DNA of 64,000 bases from a candidate division BRC1 bacterium HGW-BRC1-1 (GTDB lineage: Bacteria > Sumerlaeota > Sumerlaeia > Sumerlaeales > Sumerlaeaceae): assembly GCA_002842095.1 (NCBI GenBank), contig PHCB01000006.1, positions 206,044 to 270,043 of the forward strand, in the 5' to 3' direction. Positions within the stretch are counted from its first letter, which is position 1. Each line of letters opens with the position of its first letter. The notes beneath the pieces are model-generated. The model was not told the DNA's origin and ran no database searches. It was given only the letters and a program-made list of their open reading frames with translations. The position numbers were made by a program, and so were the translations under genes. Below are positions 19,895 through 29,777 of the stretch, one piece after another.

Positions 19895-21706
19895 ATGGAC
19901 TCGAAAAGATTTGCCTGTACCCAGCGATGGGTTTTTGCGCTGCTGGCGGTTTGTTTATTGGCGGCACCGGCCCGGGCCGATGAAAGCTCCGAGGCTCCGG
20001 CCGATGGCGATACGACGAAAATTTTGCGGGCCGAGCGGGTCCGTTTTCAGAAACTGACGATGAAATCCGCAGCGGGCGGATATGTGGTCAGCCCCGGGCA
20101 GGAAGTGCGCATCACGTGGGATGACTACGAGGCGGCCATGGAACTGGGCGCCACGTCCGTGCCGTTGCGTGCGCGCTGGTTCGATGCTAAATTCCACGAG
20201 ACAACCGGCCCGCTGGCGCCGGGGCGGTGGGGAGTGCGCGTGGAAGGGTTGTCCCCCAACGGAATGCCGATGCGGCGGTCGCTCACGTTTTATGCCCGAC
20301 CGCCATTTTTTCTATGGTATTCGGCACCCAATGACTTTTCGTTTCCCCCACAACCGGGGCCGATTTCCAAAGAAGTGTGGAGCGAGAACCAGACCGAGAT
20401 CGACGCCCTCGGTCGCGACATGATGGCCGACGCCATCAACCGTTCGCCCTCCACGGCGATCATGTTGAGCGCGTGGGGCGAAACCAACCCGACTCCGGGC
20501 CGCGAGCCAACCTCGCTGGAGTCGGCTGTGGAACAGGATCATGCGTACCATCTCGCGCTGAAGTTGCATCTCACGGGGCGCGATGCCGATGCGCACGCAT
20601 TGCCTGCGCCGCGCCACTTGGAAAAGCCGGCCACGGTTCTGCACAAGGGAACCGCCGCCGAGGCCGGAATGAAACCCGACACCCGCCACCGCATGGACGA
20701 CCTCTGTCGCCGCTGGGCCGAGGCCACCGGCGAACCGTTCACCGTGCTGGTTGCGCGCCACGGCGTGGTGGTGCTGCACGGGGCGTACGGCAAAGGCGAG
20801 GATGGCAAACCGGTGGGGCTCGACTATCGGGGTGACATTGCATCGATTACGAAATCCATAACGGGGATTTTGTTTGCGCGTTTTCTCGATGACGGACGTG
20901 TGGATCTGGACGACAGCGTGGCCGGTGTGTTCGACGATTTTCCGCCCGGAGATCCCCATGTGCCCACGTTCCGCGATTGTTTCATGCACATGAGCGGGCT
21001 TGAGGGGCATGGGTCCCACGGAGGCGTCGGCAATCCTGATTTCGAAAACATTGTGCTGGGCGGTCTGGACACTCTCGCGCCGGGCACCAGCTACGCCTAC
21101 ACGGGTACAGGCTACGACCTGATGGGCAAGGCCATGGAGATTTGGTCGGGCAAAACCGCCAGGCGTTTGCTGGTGGAGGACCTGTTTCGCCCCCTGGGGC
21201 TGAGCGACATTCCCATGAACCAGATGGGCATGGGTGCGCGGCCCACGGTGTGGGAACTTGCCGTGTTCGGCCAGTTGCTGGCCAACGGCGGCAGTTATGG
21301 CAACGTGGAGTTGTTCGGGCGGGAAACGTTTGAAAAGATGCTGCCCCGCAGCTATGCGGAGATGTATCCCGGCGTGGACGTGAAGGGTGAGCAACCGTAT
21401 GGCTTGGGTCTGGGGTTGCGGGACGACCGGCGCAGAGTGCCGGAGGCCGTGGGGGCGGCGGATGTGGACACGACGATGACCGCCGAGCAGCGCCTGAAAG
21501 CAGCGGTGGACGCGGCGAAAAAAGGGGAACTGCTGTTCAGCGAGCGCACCATCGGCCACGGCGCGTTATCGCAGTCAATTTATCGCATCGACCTGGAAAC
21601 AGGTTTGGTTTTTACGATGATAAGACGTCAGGGCGGGAAAGACTTTGGCAAGTGGTGCCCGCAGTTTTTTGAGGCCGTGGCGGATTCGGTGGTTGGCGGG
21701 GAGTGA
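19895..21706 (+). CDS. Secreted serine hydrolase, beta-lactamase/penicillin-binding superfamily
   Basis: Signal peptide (..AAPARA), SxxK = ASITK, HMSGL, PGTSYAY, GHG. Start 19895 or 19856. Confidence 0.85.
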   Translation: MDSKRFACTQRWVFALLAVCLLAAPARADESSEAPADGDTTKILRAERVRFQKLTMKSAAGGYVVSPGQEVRITWDDYEAAMELGATSVPLRARWFDAKFHETTGPLAPGRWGVRVEGLSPNGMPMRRSLTFYARPPFFLWYSAPNDFSFPPQPGPISKEVWSENQTEIDALGRDMMADAINRSPSTAIMLSAWGETNPTPGREPTSLESAVEQDHAYHLALKLHLTGRDADAHALPAPRHLEKPATVLHKGTAAEAGMKPDTRHRMDDLCRRWAEATGEPFTVLVARHGVVVLHGAYGKGEDGKPVGLDYRGDIASITKSITGILFARFLDDGRVDLDDSVAGVFDDFPPGDPHVPTFRDCFMHMSGLEGHGSHGGVGNPDFENIVLGGLDTLAPGTSYAYTGTGYDLMGKAMEIWSGKTARRLLVEDLFRPLGLSDIPMNQMGMGARPTVWELAVFGQLLANGGSYGNVELFGRETFEKMLPRSYAEMYPGVDVKGEQPYGLGLGLRDDRRRVPEAVGAADVDTTMTAEQRLKAAVDAAKKGELLFSERTIGHGALSQSIYRIDLETGLVFTMIRRQGGKDFGKWCPQFFEAVADSVVGGE

Positions 21707-21741
21707 TGGGAATGATGGGAAGAATGGGAGTGATGGGACAG
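21706..21741 (+). repeat. 9-bp tandem array, 4 x ATGGGA-NNN
   Basis: atgggaatg atgggaaga atgggagtg atgggacag; begins in the TGA stop of the upstream gene. Confidence 0.9.
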
Positions 21742-21806
21742 ATAGCCCCTTAAGTATTTAACGTGAGGGGGGCGTTATCGCTGGTAGCGTTTCTCCAGGA
21801 AAAACA

Positions 21807-22709
21807 TTACGTTTGTCCGGTCCAGTCCACCTGGGCTACTTCTTTCCAGCGGTTGCGGATGGCTTCTTCTTCGGCGGCCGACAATGGGCCGTCTTGCAAT
21901 AGCCCCGCGTTTTCGCTCCAGCGGCCTGGTTTGCTCGTTCCCACGATGGCCACGCTCACACCCGGCTGGCCCAGCGTGAAACGCAATGCTGCGGCAACGG
22001 CTTCGTGCATGGGTTTCTTCGTGAAGTCGTAATCGAGCAACTGAAGCCGCCGCCAATACTCCGTGTGATACGTCTCCTCGGGGGCTTTGTCACCGTAGCG
22101 CCACGCGGCGTTCGCGATGGGGCGCTTGATGATGACACCCATGTTGTGCTGGCGCGCGAGGGGCAGGGTCAGGTCGATGGACTGTTGGTCGGCCACGTTC
22201 AGCGATGTTTGAAGCGCGTCGAACTGCGCGCATTCGATCGCAAACTTCGCCGCCTCGCCGTCGCCGCTGTAGCCGATGAAGCGCGCGTAGCCCTTTTGGC
22301 GCGCTTCCTGCAGCGCTTCGATCACCTCGCCGCGGCGAAGTTCCTCCTCGCCGCAGGAGTGCAGCTGGATGAGATCTACACGGTCGGTGCGCAGGCGCTT
22401 GAGGCTGCGCTCGATGCTGGCCAGCAGCGAGGGTTTCGTCCAGACGCCCTTGCCATCTTCGTGGCCGCATTTGGTGAACAGATGATATTCATCGCAGCGG
22501 TGAGAGATGGCCTGGCCGACCATCTCCTCGCTCTCCTTGTAGCACTCGGCCGTGTCGACAATGTTGAGACCGGCGTCGAGGGCGGAGTTAAGAAGTTCCT
22601 TAACGGTTTCCGGGGTGGCGCCGTCGTATCCGATTTCGGCTCCACCAAAACCGAGGGCGGTTACCTGCATGCCGGTTTTTCCAAACAGTCGTTTTTCGAT
22701 GAGGGTCAT
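21807..22709 (-). CDS. Aldo/keto reductase
   Basis: LFGKTG, DTAECY..SE, FTKCG, SLKRLRTDRVDLIQLH, RFIGYS; AAGGAG RBS. Confidence 0.93.
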   Translation of the reverse strand: MTLIEKRLFGKTGMQVTALGFGGAEIGYDGATPETVKELLNSALDAGLNIVDTAECYKESEEMVGQAISHRCDEYHLFTKCGHEDGKGVWTKPSLLASIERSLKRLRTDRVDLIQLHSCGEEELRRGEVIEALQEARQKGYARFIGYSGDGEAAKFAIECAQFDALQTSLNVADQQSIDLTLPLARQHNMGVIIKRPIANAAWRYGDKAPEETYHTEYWRRLQLLDYDFTKKPMHEAVAAALRFTLGQPGVSVAIVGTSKPGRWSENAGLLQDGPLSAAEEEAIRNRWKEVAQVDWTGQT

Positions 22710-22871
22710 GGTTGAGCTCCTTGGGGGTTGAGAGTTGGACAACTCGACAACCGCGATGTTGCCTCGCTAAAGCCGGTTTGGGAAGCAAAAGTTTACGGGT
22801 CGCGCACGGCGCAAACCCGACCGTTGGATTTTCGTTGAAGCGCGGGGGCGGGGCAGGTCTCATGCTTGGCC

Positions 22872-23618
22872 ATGAACATGACATCTCTTGAAGGCAAAAC
22901 AGCCGTCGTTACCGGCGGCAGCAGAGGCATCGGACGGGCCATTACAGAAGCGTTCCTGCGTGCGGGGGCGGATGTGGTCGTCAATTATAACAAGACGCCG
23001 GTGGATGAGCTGAAGGCGCTTGCGGCGGAACTTGGGCGTCAACTGGTGGACGTGCAGGCGGACGTCTCGCAGACGGCCGATTGTGAGCGGCTCATCGAGG
23101 CCGCCATGAGCACCTTCAAGAAGGTGGACGTGCTGGTGAACAATGCCGGCATCACGCGCGACACGCTGCTCATGCGCATGGACGAGGCGGCGTGGGACGC
23201 CGTCATCGCGACGAACCTGAAAAGCGTTTTTTCAACCTGCCGCGCGGCAGTGAAGCCGATGATCCGCGCCCGGGCCGGGAGCATCATCAATATCAGCTCG
23301 GTGTCGGGCATCATGGGCAACGCCGGCCAGTGCAACTACGCGGCCAGCAAGGCGGGAGTTATCGGCTTTTCAAAAAGCCTGGCGCGCGAAGTGGCCGCCC
23401 GAGGCGTGCGCGTGAATGTGGTGGCGCCGGGTTTCATCACCAGCGACATGACCGATGGTCTGGATGAGAAAATCCGCGAGAAGGTGTTGCACGAAATTCC
23501 GCTGGGGCGCTTCGGTCAGCCCGCCGACATTGCCAACGCCGTGCTGTTTCTGGCGTCGGATCTGTCGGGATTTGTCACCGGCCACACGATGGTCGTCGAC
23601 GGCGGCATGGCGATGTAA
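22872..23618 (+). CDS. fabG: 3-oxoacyl-ACP reductase (SDR)
   Basis: TGGSRGIG, NNAGITRD.LLMRM, GNAGQCNYAASKAG, APGFI.SDMT, VDGGMAM. Confidence 0.92.
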   Translation: MNMTSLEGKTAVVTGGSRGIGRAITEAFLRAGADVVVNYNKTPVDELKALAAELGRQLVDVQADVSQTADCERLIEAAMSTFKKVDVLVNNAGITRDTLLMRMDEAAWDAVIATNLKSVFSTCRAAVKPMIRARAGSIINISSVSGIMGNAGQCNYAASKAGVIGFSKSLAREVAARGVRVNVVAPGFITSDMTDGLDEKIREKVLHEIPLGRFGQPADIANAVLFLASDLSGFVTGHTMVVDGGMAM

Positions 23619-23621
23619 CGG

Positions 23622-24230
23622 TTAGTCCGCCGGAGCTTTATGGCGGCGGCGCGAACCGGGGAACAGACCCTTCACCAGAAATCCCTGCCAGACAATGGCG
23701 AGAATGAACACGGCCAGCATGGCCGGCACGGGCATCTGGTTGAGATATGCCACGCCGACCACGAGATAGTTCGCGCCAATAAAGCTGGTGATCACGATCA
23801 CCAGATGCCGCTGGAGGAACATGGCCAGCAGTCCGGTAACGACGGCTGTCACGAGCACGATGGTGATGGCCTGTGTGTCCCAGGCAAACACCGCGCCCAC
23901 CTGTCGGCTCACCACAAACAGAGCGATCAGCCTTCCGATCATGGCACCGAAAAGCAGCCCGCTGATAAAGAACGCAAGGCGTGTGACGGCGCGGATGAAA
24001 AGGTAACCCGCCACCGCCCCCACCACGCTGCAGATGAGCACCAGCATGTCCTGCTGGGTGGCTTCCAGCGCAATGACGCGCGAGAGAATTTCGCCGAAGA
24101 CGTATCCCAAACCCAGACCCAGACCGATGCCCGACAGGCGGGTTCCCCAATAAAAAACAACCCATCCGCCCAGACACAGCACCATCCCGACGATGGTGAA
24201 GATCGATTCGATTTGGTTTTGCAGGGGCAA
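23622..24230 (-). CDS. Gly-rich multi-pass membrane protein (DUF4203-like)
   Basis: About 7 TM, VIVITSFIGA, WQG near the end. Start uncertain; TTG 24230 chosen just after the truB stop. Confidence 0.6.
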   Translation of the reverse strand: MPLQNQIESIFTIVGMVLCLGGWVVFYWGTRLSGIGLGLGLGYVFGEILSRVIALEATQQDMLVLICSVVGAVAGYLFIRAVTRLAFFISGLLFGAMIGRLIALFVVSRQVGAVFAWDTQAITIVLVTAVVTGLLAMFLQRHLVIVITSFIGANYLVVGVAYLNQMPVPAMLAVFILAIVWQGFLVKGLFPGSRRRHKAPAD

Positions 24231-24241
24231 GGGCAGAGCGG

Positions 24242-25306
24242 TTATTTCAATCCGCGGGGGAAGATTCTCACGGAACGGAAATGAACGTCGAAGCGTGAGT
24301 CGTAAGGGTTGGCCTGGCGCATGGTGTCGAACCGCTGCGACTCGACCATGGCCAGCAGGCTGCCGTCGTCGCCCGCGATTCCGCACAGGACGCCGGATGG
24401 CACGGCGGCGGCGATCTCGGGGGATTCCATCATCTTTTCGTTAAGGGGCTGGCCGTTGAACAGGCGCGGCATGTAGGCCCTCAGCAGCGTGAAAACCGGG
24501 AAGCGCTGGGTGTCGATGGCTCCCGCGCCGCGGATCATGAACTCGTTGATACGCTCAGGGGAGGCGGCCAGTTCCTCGGTGGACATCGCCTTGTCGGAGG
24601 AAAACTGCCCGACCTGGGTCCGCTTCAGCGACAGAAGATATCCGCCGCAGCCGAGGGCACGGCCCAGGTCGCGGGCCAGAGACCGCACGTAGGTGCCCGA
24701 GGTGACGCGCGCCACGAACTTCACCTGCATGAAGTTTTCAGCGTGGCGCTCGGCGTCGCCCGCAAGCTGCCCCTCGGGAGCGCGCGCCAGCACGGGGACG
24801 GGCGCTTCCATGGGGCGCATTTCCAAAATATCAAACTGGTGGATGGTGACCGCGCGGGGCTCGATGACGACTTCCTCGCCCTTGCGGGCGTACTCGTAGA
24901 GTTTCTTGCCGGCCACCTTGATGGCGGCATAGCGCGGAGGGATCTGATCGATGTCCCCCACGAAACGCACCGCCGCCGCGCGCACGCGTTCGAGGGTCGC
25001 CTCGCGGGCGTCGGAAATCATGAGCGGCTCGCCCTCGCTGTCGTCGGTGGTCGTCTCGATGCCGAGGCCGAACCATCCCTCGTAGGTCTTGTCGCTCTCC
25101 ACGAGATAGGGCACCAGCTTGGTGTAGGGGCCGATGCACAGCACGAGCAGCCCCTCGGCGGCGGGGTCGAGAGTGCCGGTATGGCCGATCTGGCGTTCGC
25201 CAAGGGCCTTGCGGGCGACGTCGACGATGTCGTGGGACGTGGGGCCGCGCTGCTTGAGCACCGGCAAAATTCCGGCGATGTTCGAGGTGGGTCGTTTGTT
25301 CTTCAT
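24242..25306 (-). CDS. truB: tRNA pseudouridine(55) synthase
   Basis: TSHDIV, GHTGTLDP.A.GLL, T.TDD.EG, QIPPRYAAIK..GKKLYEYAR, SGTYVRSLARDLG. Confidence 0.95.
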   Translation of the reverse strand: MKNKRPTSNIAGILPVLKQRGPTSHDIVDVARKALGERQIGHTGTLDPAAEGLLVLCIGPYTKLVPYLVESDKTYEGWFGLGIETTTDDSEGEPLMISDAREATLERVRAAAVRFVGDIDQIPPRYAAIKVAGKKLYEYARKGEEVVIEPRAVTIHQFDILEMRPMEAPVPVLARAPEGQLAGDAERHAENFMQVKFVARVTSGTYVRSLARDLGRALGCGGYLLSLKRTQVGQFSSDKAMSTEELAASPERINEFMIRGAGAIDTQRFPVFTLLRAYMPRLFNGQPLNEKMMESPEIAAAVPSGVLCGIAGDDGSLLAMVESQRFDTMRQANPYDSRFDVHFRSVRIFPRGLK

Positions 25307-25370
25307 CGGGCACTACGCAAGGCGACGAAGGGGGTGCTGCGCAAGGGTATTCTCAGCGAGGGGGGTGGTG

Positions 25371-25433
25371 ATGGACGATATGGAAGGGATGGACACTATG
25401 GACGAAATGGACACTATGGACGGGATGGACAGG
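25371..25433 (+). repeat. 9-bp tandem array, 7 x ATGGA(C)-NNN
   Basis: atggacgat atggaaggg atggacact atggacgaa atggacact atggacggg atggacagg. Confidence 0.95.
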
Positions 25434-25447
25434 ATTCGCGCCCCAAA

Positions 25448-26638
25448 CTATTTGCGTTGTTGGTGCGGATCGATCGCGTCGCGGAGGCCGTCGCCGAGGA
25501 AGTTGAACGCGAACACCGTGATGAAAATCAGCGCCGCGGGCGCGAACAGCAGCCACGGCTGGTTCGTGATGGTGGAAAGGCTCTGCGCATCTTCGAGCAT
25601 GATGCCCCAGCTCACCTGCGGCTCCTGAATGCCCACGCCGAGATAGCTGAGAGCGACCTCGCCGAGGATGTAACCGGGCACCGCAATCGTCGCCGAAATG
25701 ACCACGTAGCTCAGCGTGTTGGGCAGAATGTGCCGCGTGATGATGCGGAAGGTGCTCGCCCCCAGTGCACGCTCTGCGGTGATAAAATCGAATTCCTTGA
25801 TGGCCAGCACCATGCCGCGCACCACGCGGGCCTGCCCCGCCCAACCCACGAAAGCGAGAATCACCACGATGATGAGATACATCTGCGTGCTGCTCATGTT
25901 GCGCCCGCCGATGCCCAGCACGGTCTGCGTCTGGAAATACGCGCGCAGCGCAATGATGAGGTAGAGCGTTGGGATGGAGAGGAGAAACTCCACGAGGCGC
26001 ATGATGAGGCGGTCGGTCCAGCCGCCGAAATAACCCGCGAGGGAACCCATGAACATCCCCGCGAGGAGGCTGATGGAAATGCCCACGAGGCCGATGGAAA
26101 GCGAAATTTTTCCGCCCTCGATGACGCGCGAGAAGACGTCCTTCCCCACACTGTCGGTACCGAACAGGGCCACAATGCCGGGCTTCTCGACGCCGAAAAG
26201 ATGGAGGTCAGTCGGGATGATCCACCAGAGTTTGTACGGTTCACCCCGCACGAGGAATCGCAGCGGGTATTTCTGGTTCACGTCATACTGGTAGTTCTGC
26301 CGCACGGGATCGTTCATACGCATGCCGTACACGAAGGGGCGCGCGTGGAACTTCCCCTTTTCATCCACGAAACGCGGCAGCGTGGGCGGGTGGTTGGGGT
26401 GGTCGTAATCGCCCGCAGCAGGGCTGACCGGAGCAATAAAACTGCCCAGCGCGGTGACGAGATACAGCGCCAACAAAACCAGCGCGCCAAACATGGCCGC
26501 GCGATTTTTGCGCAGACGACGCCAGGCCAGCGCCGAGGGCGAGAGCCCCATGGGCGCAGCGGCGGCGGCGTCTGCCGTCACGGCCGCGGCGAGTTCCTGC
26601 GTCAACTTTTCCGAGGGTGTGCGCGGGGCGTCAGTCAT
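25448..26638 (-). CDS. Oligo/dipeptide ABC transporter permease (OppC/DppC)
   Basis: WRRLRKNR, FGTDSVGKDVFSR, AERALGAS..RI..RHILPN, LSYLGVG, GDGLRDAIDP. Confidence 0.93.
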   Translation of the reverse strand: MTDAPRTPSEKLTQELAAAVTADAAAAAPMGLSPSALAWRRLRKNRAAMFGALVLLALYLVTALGSFIAPVSPAAGDYDHPNHPPTLPRFVDEKGKFHARPFVYGMRMNDPVRQNYQYDVNQKYPLRFLVRGEPYKLWWIIPTDLHLFGVEKPGIVALFGTDSVGKDVFSRVIEGGKISLSIGLVGISISLLAGMFMGSLAGYFGGWTDRLIMRLVEFLLSIPTLYLIIALRAYFQTQTVLGIGGRNMSSTQMYLIIVVILAFVGWAGQARVVRGMVLAIKEFDFITAERALGASTFRIITRHILPNTLSYVVISATIAVPGYILGEVALSYLGVGIQEPQVSWGIMLEDAQSLSTITNQPWLLFAPAALIFITVFAFNFLGDGLRDAIDPHQQRK

Positions 26639-27602
26639 GGCGAATCCTCGGGTCGTTCAGGCCCAGCAGAATATCGGCGGTCAGGTTGCCGATGATCAGC
26701 ATGACCGACGCCAGCATAACGGCGGCGGCCACGGTGAAGAGGTCCTTGCTCGTGTAAGCCTCGATGGTGGTGCGACCAAGGCCGGGCCACGCCATGACGT
26801 TTTCCACGAGGAACGCGCCGCTGAGGAGATCGCTGAAGGCGAAACCGAACAGCGTGATCATGGGGTTCAGGGCGTTGCGCAGCGCGTGGCGCATCACGGC
26901 GGTGCGGTGGCTGAGGCCCTTTGCCATGGCCGTGCGCACGTAATCGGCCTGAAGGGTTTCGAGGAGGTTGGAGCGCATCTGGCGCGTGTAGATGGCCAGC
27001 CCGCCCATGCCCAGAACGATGGTGGGCAACACCAGATGGTGCGCGATGTCTTTGAAACGCGACCAGGTGTCGGTCATCATGAAGTGGGTGTCGCTCTTCA
27101 TGCCGCCGGTTGGGAAGGTGCCGGTCACCGCCGCGAAGTAGACCGCAAACAGCGCCAGCAGAACCGACGGAATGCTGAGACCGATGAACGCGATGCCTGA
27201 AGCGATGCGATCCGGGAGTTTGTTCTGTTTCACTGCCGCGATAATACCCAGCGGCACGGCTATGGACCATGCGAAGATCGTGCTGCAGAAGGCCAGCAGA
27301 AAGGTGTTAAAGAGCCGCGCACCGATAAGCTCCGTTACGGGGATTTTGTAGGTGAAGGAGTGCCCCAGATTGCCGTAACGCACCACCCCCCAAAGCCATT
27401 TCAACCAGACAATATACCACGGCTGATCGAGCCCGAGGCGGATGACTTCCGACTTGAGGAAGGCGTCGGATATTTTCGGGTCGGCCCGCAGAGAAGCGAG
27501 GTAATCGCCCGGCGAATGGAACAGCAGAAAAAACGTGACCAGCGAAATGGCCAGCAGCAGCGGGATCGATTCCAGGATACGCCGCAGGACGAGCTTCAGC
27601 AT
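26631..27602 (-). CDS. Oligo/dipeptide ABC transporter permease (OppB/DppB)
   Basis: GLDQP, HLVLP, DYVRTAMAKGL, HALRNAL, WPGLG, DPRIR. Confidence 0.93.
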   Translation of the reverse strand: MLKLVLRRILESIPLLLAISLVTFFLLFHSPGDYLASLRADPKISDAFLKSEVIRLGLDQPWYIVWLKWLWGVVRYGNLGHSFTYKIPVTELIGARLFNTFLLAFCSTIFAWSIAVPLGIIAAVKQNKLPDRIASGIAFIGLSIPSVLLALFAVYFAAVTGTFPTGGMKSDTHFMMTDTWSRFKDIAHHLVLPTIVLGMGGLAIYTRQMRSNLLETLQADYVRTAMAKGLSHRTAVMRHALRNALNPMITLFGFAFSDLLSGAFLVENVMAWPGLGRTTIEAYTSKDLFTVAAAVMLASVMLIIGNLTADILLGLNDPRIRHD

Positions 27603-27639
27603 GCGGCGCGTCCGGGTTGCAGCTTGTGTTGTGTCGCTC

Positions 27640-29580
27640 TCACTTGAAGAAAAGCTCGTCTGAGTTCCACAGCACTTCGTGGGTGATGGCCGAGGGCTTC
27701 AGGTTACCGATGCTGTTGCGGGCCGCCACGAACACGCTGCTGGTCCACAGCGGCAGGAAGGCGCACTGGTCGGCCATGATGGCCTGCATGCGGTTAAACT
27801 TCTCGCGCTGGGCGTTGATGTCCAGCGTGGCGTTGAAGCTGCGAGCCAGTTCGTCGATCTCCTTCTCCCAGTCGGTGGCCGGAGCCTCCTGCGACGGGTT
27901 GAAGAAGTGCGTGCGGCCGCTGCTCAAATAGACGTTCATGCTGTTGGCCGGATGCACGCCGCCGCCGCCGAAACCGAGCAGGCAGGCTTCGTATTCGAAC
28001 GAGTCGGAGGTCTGGGTCACAAGCGCCTGAAAGTCGATGAACTGCGGGCGGGCATCGATGCCCACGGCTTTCCAATCGGCGGCCATGAGGCTGGCCACCT
28101 TCTCGCGCACCTTGTTGCCCTTGTTCGTGATGAACGTGAAGGAGACCGGATTGCCGGCGGCGTCCTCGCGGATGCCATCGTTGTTGCGGTCTTTCAGGTC
28201 CATGGCGTCCAGCAACTCTCCGGCCTTGGCACGATCGAACGGATATTTGGTGATGTTGGAATTGTACCAGAAGCGGCTGGCAGGTGACTCAAGGCCCCAG
28301 GTGCTGACAGCCAGCCCGCGCATCTCGGTGCGGATGACGCTTTCCTTGTCCAGCGCGTGCATGGCCGCCTGGCGGAAGCGCGCATCGGAGAACCACGCGT
28401 GGCGCGTGGGATCAACGTAGGGCTTGTTGCTTTTGGGGCTGAGGCCCATCTTCAGGTTGAACCAGAAAACGTTTGAGCCATCTCCCGGCCCGCAGTTGTA
28501 AACGGTGTAATCGCCCGCAGCAGCGCCGGCGGCAAGGTTTGAGAGAGAGTCGGGGCGCGGGCGGATGAAGGCATCGGCCTGCCCGCTCTGGAAACGCGAA
28601 AGCATCTGGTCCATGTCGGGTGCGTAGGTAATTACGAGCGTGTCGAGATAGGGCAGTTGCGTTCCCGCCTGATCGTACTTGTGGTAATACGGGTTCCGCT
28701 CCAGCACCACGCGCTGGCCCGATTCGTACAGTTTCAGCTTGAAGGGGCCACTGACGATAATCTTCGCCGGATCGACATTGATGTTCAGTGCCTGCTCGTA
28801 CGTGCCCGCCTCCAGTTCGTCCTCATAAGCGTGCTGGGGCAACGCCACAAGGCCGCCGATAAGCGCCTGAAACGAACCGCTGGGGGCGTCGAGTTTCACG
28901 CGCACGGTGTAGTCGTCCACCTTTTCCACGATGAACGGCTTGCCGTTTACCTGCAGCACATCCTTGCCGGCATTGGCCACCTTCGGGTCGAAAATAACGC
29001 GGGCCCCAAAGACCACATCGTCGGCGGTGATGGGTTTGCCGTCGCTCCACTGCAACCCCTCGCGAAGTTCGAGGATCCAGTTGCGCTGGTCCTCCTCCAT
29101 GCGCCAGGTCTTGGCGATGCCCGGCTGATAGGTTTGCGTCTGATTGTTGAATTCAACCAATCCCATGAACATGCGCGCGATGACTTCATTGGATGCGGAA
29201 TCGTTGGCGGTTATAGGGTCGAAGGTTTTCGGGCCATCTCCGAAGGCAACGTAGGTAAGGTTGCCGCCGCGCTTGCCGGGCGTGATGTCCCGGGCCGCGA
29301 GGGCGTCGGGGAAGGGCAGTTTGAAACCCTCGGGGGGCGTGTAAGTTGGATGCTCGATGCTCGCGCTGGTGATCTGGTCGGCGAGGGTTACGTTCACCAC
29401 GCCCGAAAGGCTCGCAATGGCGCTTGTAGTGCTGGTGGCGGTGGCCGTGGTTGCTTCGCCCCCCGCGGCGGCCTGGTCGCGCAATTCCTTGGGCGCGCAT
29501 CCAATGCACAATAGCGCCAGCGCCGCCAGCGTGGTGGTCCGCAGGGTGATGGCTCGCAGGCCGTTTGCGTTGATTGTCAT
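27640..29580 (-). CDS. Peptide ABC transporter substrate-binding lipoprotein (family 5)
   Basis: Lipobox CIGC, LREGLQWSDGKPITADDV, SGPF, LERNPYY, YPFDRAKA; start ATG 29580. Confidence 0.92.
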   Translation of the reverse strand: MTINANGLRAITLRTTTLAALALLCIGCAPKELRDQAAAGGEATTATATSTTSAIASLSGVVNVTLADQITSASIEHPTYTPPEGFKLPFPDALAARDITPGKRGGNLTYVAFGDGPKTFDPITANDSASNEVIARMFMGLVEFNNQTQTYQPGIAKTWRMEEDQRNWILELREGLQWSDGKPITADDVVFGARVIFDPKVANAGKDVLQVNGKPFIVEKVDDYTVRVKLDAPSGSFQALIGGLVALPQHAYEDELEAGTYEQALNINVDPAKIIVSGPFKLKLYESGQRVVLERNPYYHKYDQAGTQLPYLDTLVITYAPDMDQMLSRFQSGQADAFIRPRPDSLSNLAAGAAAGDYTVYNCGPGDGSNVFWFNLKMGLSPKSNKPYVDPTRHAWFSDARFRQAAMHALDKESVIRTEMRGLAVSTWGLESPASRFWYNSNITKYPFDRAKAGELLDAMDLKDRNNDGIREDAAGNPVSFTFITNKGNKVREKVASLMAADWKAVGIDARPQFIDFQALVTQTSDSFEYEACLLGFGGGGVHPANSMNVYLSSGRTHFFNPSQEAPATDWEKEIDELARSFNATLDINAQREKFNRMQAIMADQCAFLPLWTSSVFVAARNSIGNLKPSAITHEVLWNSDELFFK

Positions 29581-29777
29581 TGGGTGTTGCCTTTCGTCTT
29601 CGTGGATGATGCCCAAGCCATTGCTGCGAATGACCCTCCACATGGGCGGGGCGTCGTCAATCACCGAGCGCATGGGTGGTGCAACGATGACGTTTTTTTA
29701 TCTCTCGGGAGCACCGGAAAATTCAGGTTATTCTTGCACTTCGAGGCAGCTGAGGGCAACCGCTTTACGCATCACCC

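Noticed and set aside
19895-21706. Calling the serine hydrolase a true beta-lactamase
   Set aside because: SxxK is present but motif 2 is Y-T-G rather than Y-x-N, and the superfamily is mostly esterases and peptidases; resistance cannot be inferred.
25371-25433. 9-bp arrays as mini-CRISPRs or diversity-generating retroelement variable regions
   Set aside because: A 6-bp repeat with 3-bp spacers is far below CRISPR dimensions. No cas or reverse transcriptase gene is present, and adenines in the fixed hexamer are mostly conserved, unlike DGR A-specific mutagenesis.
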